A DNA stretch of 64,000 bases from Candidatus Fimivivens faecavium. Its GTDB lineage: Bacteria; Bacillota; Clostridia; Oscillospirales; Ruminococcaceae. Below are positions 25,969 to 35,393 of this stretch, one piece after another. Each line of letters opens with the position of its first letter. The first letter of the stretch is position 1. The notes under the pieces were generated by a model. It saw only the letters and a list, made by a program, of their open reading frames with translations, ran no database searches and was not told the DNA's origin. Both the position numbers and the translations under genes were made by a program. The DNA is taken from the NCBI GenBank assembly GCA_018716105.1, contig DVKH01000012.1, positions 1,225 to 65,224 on the forward strand, read 5' to 3'.

Positions 25969-27531
25969 TTACCGCTCCGTTTTGATCTGCCGGATGACGT
26001 CGATCACCGTTCCGTCCCGGTATTCCACCACCGCGACTACCCGGCCGGTACACTCAATCGGCTTTGGAACGCCGGTGATCTCCTCTGCCATCCCGCAGAG
26101 CGTCTCGATCGGAACCGTCTCGATCCGGGCCGCGTCAAGCGAAGCTTTGACCGCTTTGTAATTGCGATGGCGCGGGTTGAGGGCGATGCCCGCCTCGGTC
26201 ACGACGGCCGCAACCGTCTCGCCGGGCGTGCAGGCGGTCATAACCCTGCGGACCACCGACGGAATCCGCCCGCGCACCAGCGGAAGCGCGACAACCGGCA
26301 CTGCGGCGCCGGCCGCGGCGTCCGGCCCCCCGCCGAGGCCGCCCACCATCTCGCCGTTTGCCCCGGTAAGGAGATTCACGTTAAAATCGACGTCCACCTC
26401 CAAAGCCCCCAGCAGCCCCACGTCGAGCCGGTTGACCAGGCATCCGCAGGAGTGGGGATTCGCATAGAGGCTGTTGTCGCACTCGAGCACCATCTTGTTT
26501 GCGTCGATGGCAAGCGCCGACTCCGCGTCAAAACTCTGAACCGCCTGCACGCATCGGATCAGCCCCTCTTCAAACAGGCGGATGGCCGAACCCGGGATCC
26601 CCCCCACCGCCATGCCCGCGGCGATTCCCCGTTTGACCATTTCATCCCGGAGGAACCGGGTACAGGCGATCGGGATCGCGCCGACCCCTGTCAGGAAGGA
26701 GAAGCCGTCGCGGAACCAGCCGCAGTTCGCGATCACCTTTGCGGCACGCTTTGCAATCAGCAGATCGCGCGGGTTGCGCGTCAGCCTGGCCGCGCCCTTT
26801 CCGATTTTTTCCGGATCGCCGATCTCATCGACCCGGACCACATAATCGACCTGGTCCTGCGCAATTGAAGCGGGGACGCAGGGATAGTCCACCAGATGGT
26901 CTGTAACCACCACAACCGTAGCGGCCGAGCGTGCGTCGATCATCGCAAAGCCGAGCGAGCCGCAGGCGTTGGGCCCGATGCATCCGGTGGCGTTCCCGTA
27001 TTCGTCGGCGGCCGACGCGCCGAGGAATGCGACGTCGATGACAAGCTCCCCCGCCTCGATCGCGCGGGGGCGGCTTCCGTGGGTGCGGAGAATCACCGGT
27101 TCCTCCATCAGCCCTTCCAGCACCGCGTTGCCAAGCTCGCCGCGGATGCCGCTCGCCTCAATCCTGCGGATGGTGCCGTCCCGCACGAAATCCGAAATCG
27201 AAGGCTCGCGGACGTTGACGACCGCGCTCGGCGCAAAGGTCAGGTTTTTGATCCCAAGCGCCCGGATCTCGTTGAGCACCTGCCCGACGATTTTGTCCCC
27301 CTCGCGGAAGTGGTGGTGGAACGAGATGGTCATCCCGTCTCTCAGTCCGCTTTTGAGGATCGCTTCACGGATCGACGGGAGGAGCTTTTTCTCCCCCGGC
27401 AGAAACCGCTTCTGCCGCTTGTTTGTCCCGATGACCGCGGACGGCTGGGCCGAGAAAGCGCCGGAATACGGCGTGAGCTTCCGCCCGCACAGCTTGTCCG
27501 GGATCTCCCTTCCGAGGCTGTTCACTGCCAT
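25969..27531 (-). CDS. citF: citrate lyase alpha subunit (citrate CoA-transferase)
   Basis: 520 aa; ...GMTISFHHHFREGD... and the overall CitF pattern. Confidence 0.9.
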   Translation of the reverse strand: MAVNSLGREIPDKLCGRKLTPYSGAFSAQPSAVIGTNKRQKRFLPGEKKLLPSIREAILKSGLRDGMTISFHHHFREGDKIVGQVLNEIRALGIKNLTFAPSAVVNVREPSISDFVRDGTIRRIEASGIRGELGNAVLEGLMEEPVILRTHGSRPRAIEAGELVIDVAFLGASAADEYGNATGCIGPNACGSLGFAMIDARSAATVVVVTDHLVDYPCVPASIAQDQVDYVVRVDEIGDPEKIGKGAARLTRNPRDLLIAKRAAKVIANCGWFRDGFSFLTGVGAIPIACTRFLRDEMVKRGIAAGMAVGGIPGSAIRLFEEGLIRCVQAVQSFDAESALAIDANKMVLECDNSLYANPHSCGCLVNRLDVGLLGALEVDVDFNVNLLTGANGEMVGGLGGGPDAAAGAAVPVVALPLVRGRIPSVVRRVMTACTPGETVAAVVTEAGIALNPRHRNYKAVKASLDAARIETVPIETLCGMAEEITGVPKPIECTGRVVAVVEYRDGTVIDVIRQIKTER

Positions 27532-28427
27532 AAGATATCACCTCCGTCGATCATGCCGGCCGCTTCGGCAAGCGACACCACCCGCCGTGCGCGTTCGACA
27601 ACCGGCTCGTCAACCATGCCGCCGTCAAGGGCGACAACCCCCAGGTTCTTCTCATGCGCCTGGCGGATCGCTTCGAAAACGCGCAGCGCCTTTTCCAGCT
27701 CCTTTTCGGTCGGGGTGAAAATTTCGTTGACCGGTTCCACCTGCCGCGGGTGGATGAGATACTTCCCGTCGAACCCGAGCTTTTTGATCAGCTTTGTGTC
27801 CTCGATCAGCCCCTCGGTGTTGTTGATATCCGCGAAGACGGTGTCAATCGCCTGGATCCCCGCCGCTCTCGCAGCGAGAAGGACGGCGTTTCGGGCGTAA
27901 AACAGTTCAAGCCCGTCGGCCGAACGGGTGGTTTTCATGCTGGCGGTAAAATCCTCGCCGCCGATTGAAATGGCGGCCGTCCGCGGGCTCGCCGTCGCGA
28001 TCTCCCGCGCGTTCAAAACGCCTGTGTGCGTCTCCATCCCCGCGATCAAACGTGTGCTGCCCGGCGTGATCCCGGCCTTCTCCTCCACCGCGCGGATCGC
28101 TTCATCCGCGCGTCGGACGTCCTCGGGCGTTTCGATCTTCGGGAAGCGGACGATGTCCGGCCGCGCGCGGACAACCGCCTCCAGGTCCTCGTGCCCGAAC
28201 GGGGTGGACAGCGCGTTGACCCTGACGATCACTTCTACATTCTTGGGGCGCTTTTTTAAGAGCGTATTGAAGATCAGAAACCGGGCCGCGTCCTTTTCCG
28301 CGACCGGAACCGAATCCTCGAGGTCGTAGACCAGGCAGTCCGCGCCGTAGTAGGGCGCCTGCGCGAGATTCGCCGGGCTCGAGCCGCTGACATAGAGGAG
28401 CGAACGCCGGAGCGGTTCCTTCGTCAT
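27522..28427 (-). CDS. citE: citrate lyase beta subunit (citryl-CoA lyase, HpcH/HpaI family)
   Basis: 301 aa; RRSLLYVSGSSP...DLEDSV... Confidence 0.9.
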   Translation of the reverse strand: MTKEPLRRSLLYVSGSSPANLAQAPYYGADCLVYDLEDSVPVAEKDAARFLIFNTLLKKRPKNVEVIVRVNALSTPFGHEDLEAVVRARPDIVRFPKIETPEDVRRADEAIRAVEEKAGITPGSTRLIAGMETHTGVLNAREIATASPRTAAISIGGEDFTASMKTTRSADGLELFYARNAVLLAARAAGIQAIDTVFADINNTEGLIEDTKLIKKLGFDGKYLIHPRQVEPVNEIFTPTEKELEKALRVFEAIRQAHEKNLGVVALDGGMVDEPVVERARRVVSLAEAAGMIDGGDILWQ

Positions 28428-28729
28428 CTGCGTTCCAGCTCCTTTCCCCAGTCAAACTCCGCGGCCCCAGCCGACCGGCAGACAGCCGCCTGGACGCGCG
28501 AGCGGATGACGCTGTCGAGCGCCCCTTTGTCGCTGAGTTCCACGATTGCGTCGGTCACCTCCAGTTCCCGAAGCACGTTATGCACCGTCTCGAGAATCGA
28601 GTCGCCGAACTGGCGCCTTACAACGCTCTCAAGCGCGACCCGGATCCCTTTGCCCGGATTCGGCTTTGTCACGACGTAAACGTCGCTCGACTCCAACGTT
28701 CCGGCATATCCCAATTTGATCAGTTCCAT
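28424..28729 (-). CDS. citD: citrate lyase acyl carrier protein (gamma subunit)
   Basis: MELIKLGYAGTLESSDVYV (prosthetic-group Ser in LESSD). Start chosen by GAGGG RBS spacing. Confidence 0.85.
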   Translation of the reverse strand: MELIKLGYAGTLESSDVYVVTKPNPGKGIRVALESVVRRQFGDSILETVHNVLRELEVTDAIVELSDKGALDSVIRSRVQAAVCRSAGAAEFDWGKELERR

Positions 28730-29129
28730 TGAATCCATCCCTCGTTTCCGGGGCCGCGTCCCGGAAAGGCGGTAAGGAAAAAATCGCCCTTCCATCGCGC
28801 GGTTCCCCATTGGCTCTGAAAGAAGTATGCAGGATTTCCAGGATTTTTGCAACCCGTTCTGTCCGCCAAAGGCTGGGAAACTTCGAGCGCGGCCAGGGCC
28901 GCATTTAGGCCGTTTCCGCTGCCGGCCGCCCTGGCCTCCTCCGCCGGCAGGCTCGGACAGGCGAACTTCCAGGCCGCCGAAGGGGGCGTGATGGCCAAGG
29001 GCCTCGCCGGCCTTTCAGAAGGCGGCCCCGGCAGCGGTCAACACCCCCGGCTTCAGCCGCGCGCTCCGGTCCCTTTCCTCCCGCTATCCCCCGCCTGATG
29101 GCAGCCGGGCCAGTCGTGATCATGTACCG

Positions 29130-29175
29130 AAAAAATCCCGCGGCAAGGTAATTTCCAGCCTCGCCGCGGGATTTT
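29130..29175 (-). terminator. terminator of the NhaC-type transporter gene
   Basis: AAAATCCCGCGG...CCGCGGGATTTT with a T-run on the minus strand. Confidence 0.7.
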
Positions 29176-29186
29176 CCATTGTTTCG

Positions 29187-30524
29187 TCAGGGGGCTTGCG
29201 GCCCTTGTGCATCCCGGAACCGAAAAAAGCGCTTGGTCACGAGATAGAGCGCCGGCACAAGATATAGATAGACCGCAAATAAGATGCTCCCCGCCCCGAC
29301 CCCCAGCGCCTCAAGCGGAACGGCGCAGGCGATGTTCCAAGGGATCGCCGCCGAGAGGAGAATCACGGAGTTTTCCAGGTCGACCGCGAGCTCCCGGCGG
29401 CTGGCCCCCTGCTTCCGGTAAACCCCCGCGACCAACTGGTTCGACATGATCGAGGCGAGGGTCTGGTTGCAGAACGCGGCGCTCCCCGCGAGGGAGACGA
29501 GCGCCGTCACAGGGAACCGCCCGGTTTTCCCCGCGAGCGCTTCTATCGCGCCCTCGAGCCTGTGGAGCATGCCGGTGCCGTCGAACAGCCCCGAAATGGT
29601 GCAGGACGCGGCCACAATCAGCGTGACCTTCACCATAGAGAGCAGCCCCCCGCCCGCGATGATCCGGCTGAACGCCCCGTCCCCCTCGGGCCGGTATCCG
29701 AACACCGCCGCGGAAAGCGCCTCCCCGGTTCCCATCCCCTGCGCGAAAACCGCGATCAGAAACGCCGCGAGGGCCGACACCAGCATCGCCGTCTTGACCC
29801 CGCATCGGAACAGCGGAAGCGCCAGAATCAGCACGGCCGGAACCAGCATCAGCGGCGAAAGCCGGGACGCTTCCTCAATCTGCGCGAGAAAGCCCCCGTC
29901 CACCGCCGAGAGCGGAAACAGCCGCGAGAGCGCGGCAAAGATGAGCACGGAAACCGCAAACGGGAGCGCCCCCGTCCGGTACATCTCCCGGATGTTCCCG
30001 TAAAGGTCGGTCCCGGTCAGCGCCGCAATCAGGTTCGCGCTCGACGATGCCGGCGCGCACCGGTCGCCGAAGTACGCCCCGGCGAGGATCGCCCCGCCCG
30101 CCGCCGCGGGGTCCGCCCCGCCGCTCTTTGCGAGGACGATCAGCACAATCCCAATCGTCCCAACCGTCCCAAAGCTTGTTCCAAGCGCATAGGAGATCAG
30201 ACAGGTGACCAGGAACGCGCAGACCAGGAACCATCTCGGCGAGATGATCTGAATCCCCCAGTAGACGAGGTAAGAAATTGTCCCCGAGGCCCGCCAAAGC
30301 GCCGTGATCAGCCCGATCAGCACAAAGATCCGGACCACTACCAGCGCCCTTCCAACGCCCTGGGCCATCATCCCAAACAGCTCCCGGCTCCCGAAGCCCT
30401 GCCGCCTTCCGACCGTGAAAAAACACCCCGCGCCGAACAGAAGCGGCAGAAGGACCGGCCCGTCCAGCGCCAGCGAAACCAGAAGCGCCGCCAGAAAAAG
30501 CCCAAACGCAAGTAAAACGTCCAA
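29187..30524 (-). CDS. NhaC-family membrane transporter (second paralog), adjacent to citDEF
   Basis: 445 aa and polytopic; ...YFGDRCAPASSSANL... corresponds to the GDHCSPISDTT block of NhaC proteins. Confidence 0.8.
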   Translation of the reverse strand: MDVLLAFGLFLAALLVSLALDGPVLLPLLFGAGCFFTVGRRQGFGSRELFGMMAQGVGRALVVVRIFVLIGLITALWRASGTISYLVYWGIQIISPRWFLVCAFLVTCLISYALGTSFGTVGTIGIVLIVLAKSGGADPAAAGGAILAGAYFGDRCAPASSSANLIAALTGTDLYGNIREMYRTGALPFAVSVLIFAALSRLFPLSAVDGGFLAQIEEASRLSPLMLVPAVLILALPLFRCGVKTAMLVSALAAFLIAVFAQGMGTGEALSAAVFGYRPEGDGAFSRIIAGGGLLSMVKVTLIVAASCTISGLFDGTGMLHRLEGAIEALAGKTGRFPVTALVSLAGSAAFCNQTLASIMSNQLVAGVYRKQGASRRELAVDLENSVILLSAAIPWNIACAVPLEALGVGAGSILFAVYLYLVPALYLVTKRFFRFRDAQGPQAP

Positions 30525-30626
30525 ATCTTAAGTCCCCTTTATCGCAAACCTTTTTATAGTATACACAGATCCAAAGGCCGTATAAGGGCTTTAACCGCAG
30601 CGGGCGGAAAAGCCGGAGCCATGCGC

Positions 30627-30660
30627 AAAAAGGCCCTGGGGAGCCGTCCCCAGGGCCTTT
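30627..30660 (-). terminator. terminator downstream of the ABC operon
   Basis: AGGCCCTGGGG...CCCCAGGGCCT flanked by A and T runs. Confidence 0.7.
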
Positions 30661-30669
30661 CCGTCGGGT

Positions 30670-31470
30670 TTATTCCCCGCTCAGCAGCATCCTGTCGCTG
30701 TCGAGATTCTTTTTGCTCGTCTCCTGAAAGCGTTCGATCAGCTTAGGCACCGTCATCTCCGCCCGCTCTTTCCCGCTGAGGTCGAGGACGATCCTGCCGT
30801 CGTCCATCATGATGGTCCGGGTCCCGAGGCCCAGGGCCGATTGGATGTTGTGGGTCACCATCATGCAGGTGATCCGGTTTTCGGCGACGATCTTTTGCGT
30901 GATGTCCAGCACTTTCTCCGCCGTCACCGGGTCGAGCGCCGCCGTGTGCTCGTCGAGCAGCAGGAGCTTGGGCGTGATGATGGTCGCCATCAGAAGGGTC
31001 AGCGCCTGCCGCTGCCCGCCGGAGAGAAGGCCGACCTTCGTCTTCATCCGGTCCTCAAGCCCGAGCCCGAGCGCCGCGAGCTTCTCCCGGAACAGCTCCC
31101 GGCTCTGTTTGTCAAGGCCGAAGACCGGATTCTTGCCGGCGCCCCGGAGATAGGCCAGCGCCAGGTTTTCCTCGATGGTCATCGAGGGCGCGGTCCCCTT
31201 GAGCGGATCCTGGAACAAACGCCCGATTTTCCGCGCGCGCCGGTATTCCTTCTGATAGGTGATATCCTCCCCGTCGAGCAGGATTTCGCCGCTGTCGACA
31301 AAGAAAAAGCCCGAAATGGTGTTGAACAGCGTCGATTTTCCCGCGCCGTTCGAGCCGATCACCGTCACGAATTCCCCTGCGCCGAGGTGGAGCGAAAACC
31401 GGTCGAGCGCGCGTTTTTCATTGACCGTCTTGGGATGAAAAGTCTTTGAGATATTATTTAAGGTCAGCAT
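30670..31470 (-). CDS. ABC transporter ATP-binding protein
   Basis: Walker A GSNGAGKST, signature LSGGQRQ, Walker B LLLLDE. Confidence 0.9.
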   Translation of the reverse strand: MLTLNNISKTFHPKTVNEKRALDRFSLHLGAGEFVTVIGSNGAGKSTLFNTISGFFFVDSGEILLDGEDITYQKEYRRARKIGRLFQDPLKGTAPSMTIEENLALAYLRGAGKNPVFGLDKQSRELFREKLAALGLGLEDRMKTKVGLLSGGQRQALTLLMATIITPKLLLLDEHTAALDPVTAEKVLDITQKIVAENRITCMMVTHNIQSALGLGTRTIMMDDGRIVLDLSGKERAEMTVPKLIERFQETSKKNLDSDRMLLSGE

Positions 31471-32377
31471 CGCTCTTCTCCGCCTTTCTGCGCCGCTTTA
31501 TCGCTGCAAACGCGATCTGGTCCCGCACCGCCGGCCAGCTGATCGCCGCCGCGACCACGACGGCCGAGACGAGCTTCAAGTTCTGCGGCGAAACCGATGC
31601 GTCGAGCGCGAACGCCATGATCAGCCGGTAGATGATCGCCCCGGCCGCCGCGCCGAGGACGCAGCGCGGGACGCTTTTTGTTCCGGTGATCACCTCGCCG
31701 ATGATCAGCGACGCAAGGCCGACGATCACCATGCCGGTCCCGACCGTGATCTCAGAGAACATCTGGTACTGCGCGAGCAGCGCCCCCGAGAGCGCGACCA
31801 TCGCGTTCGCGGCGCAGAGGCCGACCGTGATGGTGAAGTCGGTGTTGATTGAGGAGGAACGGACCATGTCGCGGTTGTCGCCGGTCGCCCGGACCGAGAG
31901 GCCGAGGTTGGTCCGAAGGAACAGGATCAGCGCCAGCGACACCGCGGCCGCTGCGAGAAACGCGACCCCGAGCTTCGCCCAATCCTTGGTGAAGACGCCC
32001 TCCGCCAGGGTAAACGCCGTCTCCTTCCGCAGGAGGGTGACGTTGCTCTTGTCGCCCATCACCTGAAGGTTGATCGAGTAGAGCGCGGTCATGGTGATGA
32101 TCCCCGCGAGAATCGGCTGCACCCCCAGCTTCGTCTGCAGAAACGCCGTCACAAAGCCCGCGAGCGCGCCCGCGAAGAGCGAGAGGAAAAGCCCGAGAAA
32201 CGGCCTTCCCGCCACGGTAAAGACGGCGGAAACCGCCGCGCCGAGGGTAAAGCTCCCGTCCACCGTGAGATCCGCGATGTCGAGGATGCGATAGGAGAGG
32301 TAGAGGCCGAGCGCTACCAGGCTGTAGATCAGCCCAAGCTCGACCGCGCCCTGGAAAGCAATGCTGCTCATGGTCAT
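31454..32377 (-). CDS. ABC transporter permease
   Basis: 307 aa, about 8-10 TM segments, overlaps the ATPase gene. Confidence 0.85.
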   Translation of the reverse strand: MTMSSIAFQGAVELGLIYSLVALGLYLSYRILDIADLTVDGSFTLGAAVSAVFTVAGRPFLGLFLSLFAGALAGFVTAFLQTKLGVQPILAGIITMTALYSINLQVMGDKSNVTLLRKETAFTLAEGVFTKDWAKLGVAFLAAAAVSLALILFLRTNLGLSVRATGDNRDMVRSSSINTDFTITVGLCAANAMVALSGALLAQYQMFSEITVGTGMVIVGLASLIIGEVITGTKSVPRCVLGAAAGAIIYRLIMAFALDASVSPQNLKLVSAVVVAAAISWPAVRDQIAFAAIKRRRKAEKSDADLK

Positions 32378-32425
32378 GTAGCTCCTTGCCGCCGGTCGCC
32401 CGGCTGGGAATTCTGGGAAACGGTA

Positions 32426-33397
32426 TTATTTTACATATTGGGAAACGTCTACGCCGATCGCCGCGGCGGTTTCGGGATTGACGACCGTGGCGTATTCGTC
32501 GAGCACCTCGACCGGCACCTCCGAAACTGGTTTCCCGCCGAGGATCTCGGCCGCGATCTTCGCCGTCTGTTTGCCGAGGTTGGTGTAGTTGACGCCGACC
32601 GTCGCAAGGCCGCCGTCGGCAACCATCGAATCGGCCGCGACATAGACCGGGAGCTTCGCCTCGATCGCGATCTGGGCGAGGTTCGGCATCGCATTTGCCA
32701 CGGTGTTGTCAATCGGGCAGAACACCGCGTCCACCTTCCCGACCAGCGAGGTCATCGCCTGGGTCACTTCGCTGACGTTCGTGACGGTCGCCTCGCGGTA
32801 GGCGATGTTCTTGGCGTCGAGATAGGCTTTCGCGTCGGCGATCACCGAAACCGAATTGTCCTCGCCAAGGTTGTAGACCAGGCCGTAGGTCTCAATGCCG
32901 GGGGTCAGTTCGTCCGCGAGGGTGAAGATCCCCTCAACCGAGATCGCGTCCGAGGTTCCGGTGATGTTCGAATCCGGTTTTTGAAGGTCGCTCACAAGCC
33001 CCGCCGCGATCGGGTCGGTCACGGCGGAAAAGACGATCGGGATCTCGGTGGTAACCGAAGCGGCGCCCTGCGCGGCCGGGGTCGCGATGGCGACGATCAT
33101 GTCGGATTCGTCGCCGGCAAACTTCTGGCAGATGGCGTTGATGTTGTTCATGTCGTTCTGCGCATTCTGATAGTCGATCTCCACTTTGTCCTCGCCATAG
33201 CCGAGGGCGGCGAGCTCGTCGGTGAACGCGGTTCGAATCTCATCGAGCGAGGGGTGCTCCGCAAGCTGAATCAGGCCGATTTTAAGCTTCCCGCTCTCAG
33301 CGTCAGCGGGAGCCTGGGAAGAAGCTTGCTTCTGGGAACAGCCGGCGGTAAGGGCGAGCATTGCGGCGCAAAGTGCAACGGATAACAGCTTTTTCAT
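32426..33397 (-). CDS. ABC transporter substrate-binding lipoprotein (PF04392-type, TrpX-like family)
   Basis: MKKLLSVALCAAMLALTAGCS lipobox, ...KIGLIQLAEHPSLD.... Start set at the ATG with an AGGAGA RBS. Confidence 0.85.
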   Translation of the reverse strand: MKKLLSVALCAAMLALTAGCSQKQASSQAPADAESGKLKIGLIQLAEHPSLDEIRTAFTDELAALGYGEDKVEIDYQNAQNDMNNINAICQKFAGDESDMIVAIATPAAQGAASVTTEIPIVFSAVTDPIAAGLVSDLQKPDSNITGTSDAISVEGIFTLADELTPGIETYGLVYNLGEDNSVSVIADAKAYLDAKNIAYREATVTNVSEVTQAMTSLVGKVDAVFCPIDNTVANAMPNLAQIAIEAKLPVYVAADSMVADGGLATVGVNYTNLGKQTAKIAAEILGGKPVSEVPVEVLDEYATVVNPETAAAIGVDVSQYVK

Positions 33398-33506
33398 GAT
33401 CATTTCTCCTTTTCTGTGGGTGAATACGGTTTTGGGCGGCGTCTTATCTCCCGCCATCGCCATCGAAGGCTCCCTCTCAACGCCGGTCCCTCCTTTCCCT
33501 GAAAAT

Positions 33507-33750
33507 AAAAAAACTGTCCTTGCACAATATGCAAGGACAGGCATTCACCTGCGGTACCACCTTACTTGCCCCGTCAAAGGGGCCGCTCGCCGAAATGCAA
33601 ACACATTTCCCGCCCTGTAACGTGAGCGCCACGTCGGCAGCTACTGCGGGAACAGCTCCCGGTTCACCCCGCCCTCCGCGGTCCATTTGCCAATCCGCTT
33701 CCTGCCGGGATTTCAGCCGCCCCGGCTCTCTGTGAGTGCGCTTTTGGTGT
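33507..33750 (-). promoter_or_regulatory. T-box leader with terminator controlling the ABC importer (specifier not resolved by eye)
   Basis: On the minus strand: AGAGAG near the 5' end, T-box GGTGGTACCGCAG (plus-strand 33549-33561), then terminator CTGTCCTTGCA..TGCAAGGACAG + TTTTTTT. Confidence 0.7.
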
Positions 33751-33787
33751 GATCTCCGCATCTTCGGTTTCTTCTTTAATTTCTTTG

Positions 33788-33816
33788 ATTAAACCATATT
33801 ATGCTGCCGTTGTCAA
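33788..33816 (-). promoter_or_regulatory. promoter TTGACA-17-TTTAAT for the T-box leader
   Basis: Minus-strand hexamers (plus-strand TGTCAA 33811-33816, ATTAAA 33788-33793). Confidence 0.45.
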
Positions 33817-34119
33817 GCGGGTTCGCCCTCCAGCGGGCTTAAATTTTTCGCCGCGCGAGGCCATCGCGCCGCTTCGGTCCCGAGGAGGAGCCGGTAAAAC
33901 CGCTCCTCAAGCTCGCGGAGCCGCGGCGGAGGAAACATTGCCCCCCGCGGAAAAACCGTACGATTCTTTTCTGTCTGCTCCTATGCGGATCCCCGCCGCC
34001 CCCGCGGCGGCCAGTCGAATGGCGCTTACTTCTTGCTCTTGCATACCCACAACCAAATCCCAGCGAGAAGGGCCGCCGGCGGTGTCCGCCCCATGTGCGG
34101 CTTTTTTCCCGCTTTGCGT

Positions 34120-34458
34120 TTATTTCCAGTTCTTCCAGACCTCGGGGCAGTAGCCCGCCGTCGCCTCCCGGCCGTTGCGGACGATCGGCGTTTTGAGAAG
34201 CTTCTGGTTTTCAAACAGCTTCTGTTCCCGGTCCTCCTCCCGTGCGAGATAGCCGAGCAGGACCGCATCGGGGTCCTTCGCCTCCCCAATCATCGCTGTG
34301 ATCCCGCCGAGCGCCGCCTTGACGCTTTGGAATTCGCCGCGGCTCATCCCCTTTTGCGTCAGGTCGATTTTTTGGAATTTGATCCGCCTCTCCTTAAAAT
34401 ACCGTTCCGCTTTTTTGGTATCAAAGCACTTGGGCCTGCCAAAAATCTGAATGTTCAG
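34120..34458 (-). CDS. ArsC/Spx/YffB-family protein, apparently starting at CTG
   Basis: In-frame extension of ORF 34120-34347 reads LNIQIFGRPKCFDTKKAERYFKERRIKFQKIDLTQKGMSRGEF..., the canonical N-terminus with the CxxT/S motif. A TGA lies two codons upstream, and GAGGGA lies 6 nt before the CTG. Confidence 0.6.
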   Translation of the reverse strand: MNIQIFGRPKCFDTKKAERYFKERRIKFQKIDLTQKGMSRGEFQSVKAALGGITAMIGEAKDPDAVLLGYLAREEDREQKLFENQKLLKTPIVRNGREATAGYCPEVWKNWK

Positions 34459-34617
34459 CTTTCATCCCTCCTCTGCCGCTTTGATTCTATCATACCAGAA
34501 CCCGCGCCGAAGCAACAGCCTCGCCCTGCCCCGAAATTTTTACATTTTCCTGCACCCATTTGTCACAGGCGGATGTTACCATCCAATTCAGGAACATCGC
34601 GAAAGGAGGCGGCCTTC

Positions 34618-35139
34618 TTGGCGCCATCAAAACAGGATGCCGCGTTTTTTGAGGATTGCTGCCGCGGCCTGCTCGCTTTTTCGGAAGTACAGAGCATGCG
34701 CGGCTTTTTGCAGCACGGCTGCGTTTCGACGCTTGAACACAGCCTTTCAGTCGCCTGGAACAGCTTTGCCCTCTGCCGGCGGCTCGGGCTTTCGGTGGAT
34801 GAGCGGAGCCTCATCCGCGGCGCGCTGCTGCACGACTTTTTCCTCTACGACTGGCATGAAAAAAGCTGCGGCCCCGGCGCATGGCCGCATGGGTTCACCC
34901 ATCCGGGCGCCGCGCTCCAAAACGCTTCCAGATTATTCCAACTGACCGCTCGGGAGAAGAACGTCATCGAATCGCACATGTGGCCGCTGACCCTGCGAAA
35001 GATCCCCCGCTGCCGCGAGGCCGCGGTGGTCTGCCTCGTCGACAAGGTCTGCTCCATCGCCGAGACCCTGCGGCTTCGGCGGCCGGGAGCGGGTTATGAG
35101 CCGCGCTGGAACAGTTTGATCAGGAGCTGCCTGCACTGA
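34618..35139 (+). CDS. HD-domain phosphohydrolase
   Basis: ...STLEHSLSVAWNSF...GALLHDFFLYDWH... (H..HD motif). TTG start with an AGGAGG RBS. The upstream 195 aa of the track ORF is antisense to the ArsC-family gene. Confidence 0.7.
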   Translation: MAPSKQDAAFFEDCCRGLLAFSEVQSMRGFLQHGCVSTLEHSLSVAWNSFALCRRLGLSVDERSLIRGALLHDFFLYDWHEKSCGPGAWPHGFTHPGAALQNASRLFQLTAREKNVIESHMWPLTLRKIPRCREAAVVCLVDKVCSIAETLRLRRPGAGYEPRWNSLIRSCLH

Positions 35140-35306
35140 GCATCAGAAAGGCCGTCGTTCCGCACGACGGCCTTCGCTTCGCTCAAAAGCCGCCACGCGG
35201 CGGACTCGAACAACGGGCTCAGCTCTGGGAATTCCATCGCCAGCGCGTCCGGTCCGAGCTCGCCGTTTTTCCCAAGCTCAGCAGCCAACACCGATAATAA
35301 GTCCAT
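35094..35306 (-). CDS. hypothetical small protein
   Basis: 70-aa ORF with plausible composition. No recognisable motif. Overlaps the HD gene 3' end. Confidence 0.3.
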   Translation of the reverse strand: MDLLSVLAAELGKNGELGPDALAMEFPELSPLFESAAWRLLSEAKAVVRNDGLSDAQCRQLLIKLFQRGS

Positions 35307-35393
35307 TTTCGCCCTCCTCTAAGCATAAATACTCACGTTTGTAGTAATTATAAACGCGCATCATGTTAGAGTCAATACGTCATATCAACGTAT

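Noticed and set aside
28853-29130. GC-rich hairpin-dense region upstream of citD, considered as a fourth copy of the 6342/9580 repeat
   Set aside because: None of the diagnostic blocks (ATAACCGCAG, CTGCGCTTGTTAC, CCGCGGCGCGCAGGCC, CGTTATGG) is present. The similarity is compositional only.
34033-34617. N-terminal 195 aa of the 368-aa ORF containing the HD-domain protein
   Set aside because: This part is antisense to the ArsC-family gene and Pro/Arg-rich. A TTG with an AGGAGG RBS at 34618 gives a normal-sized HD protein.
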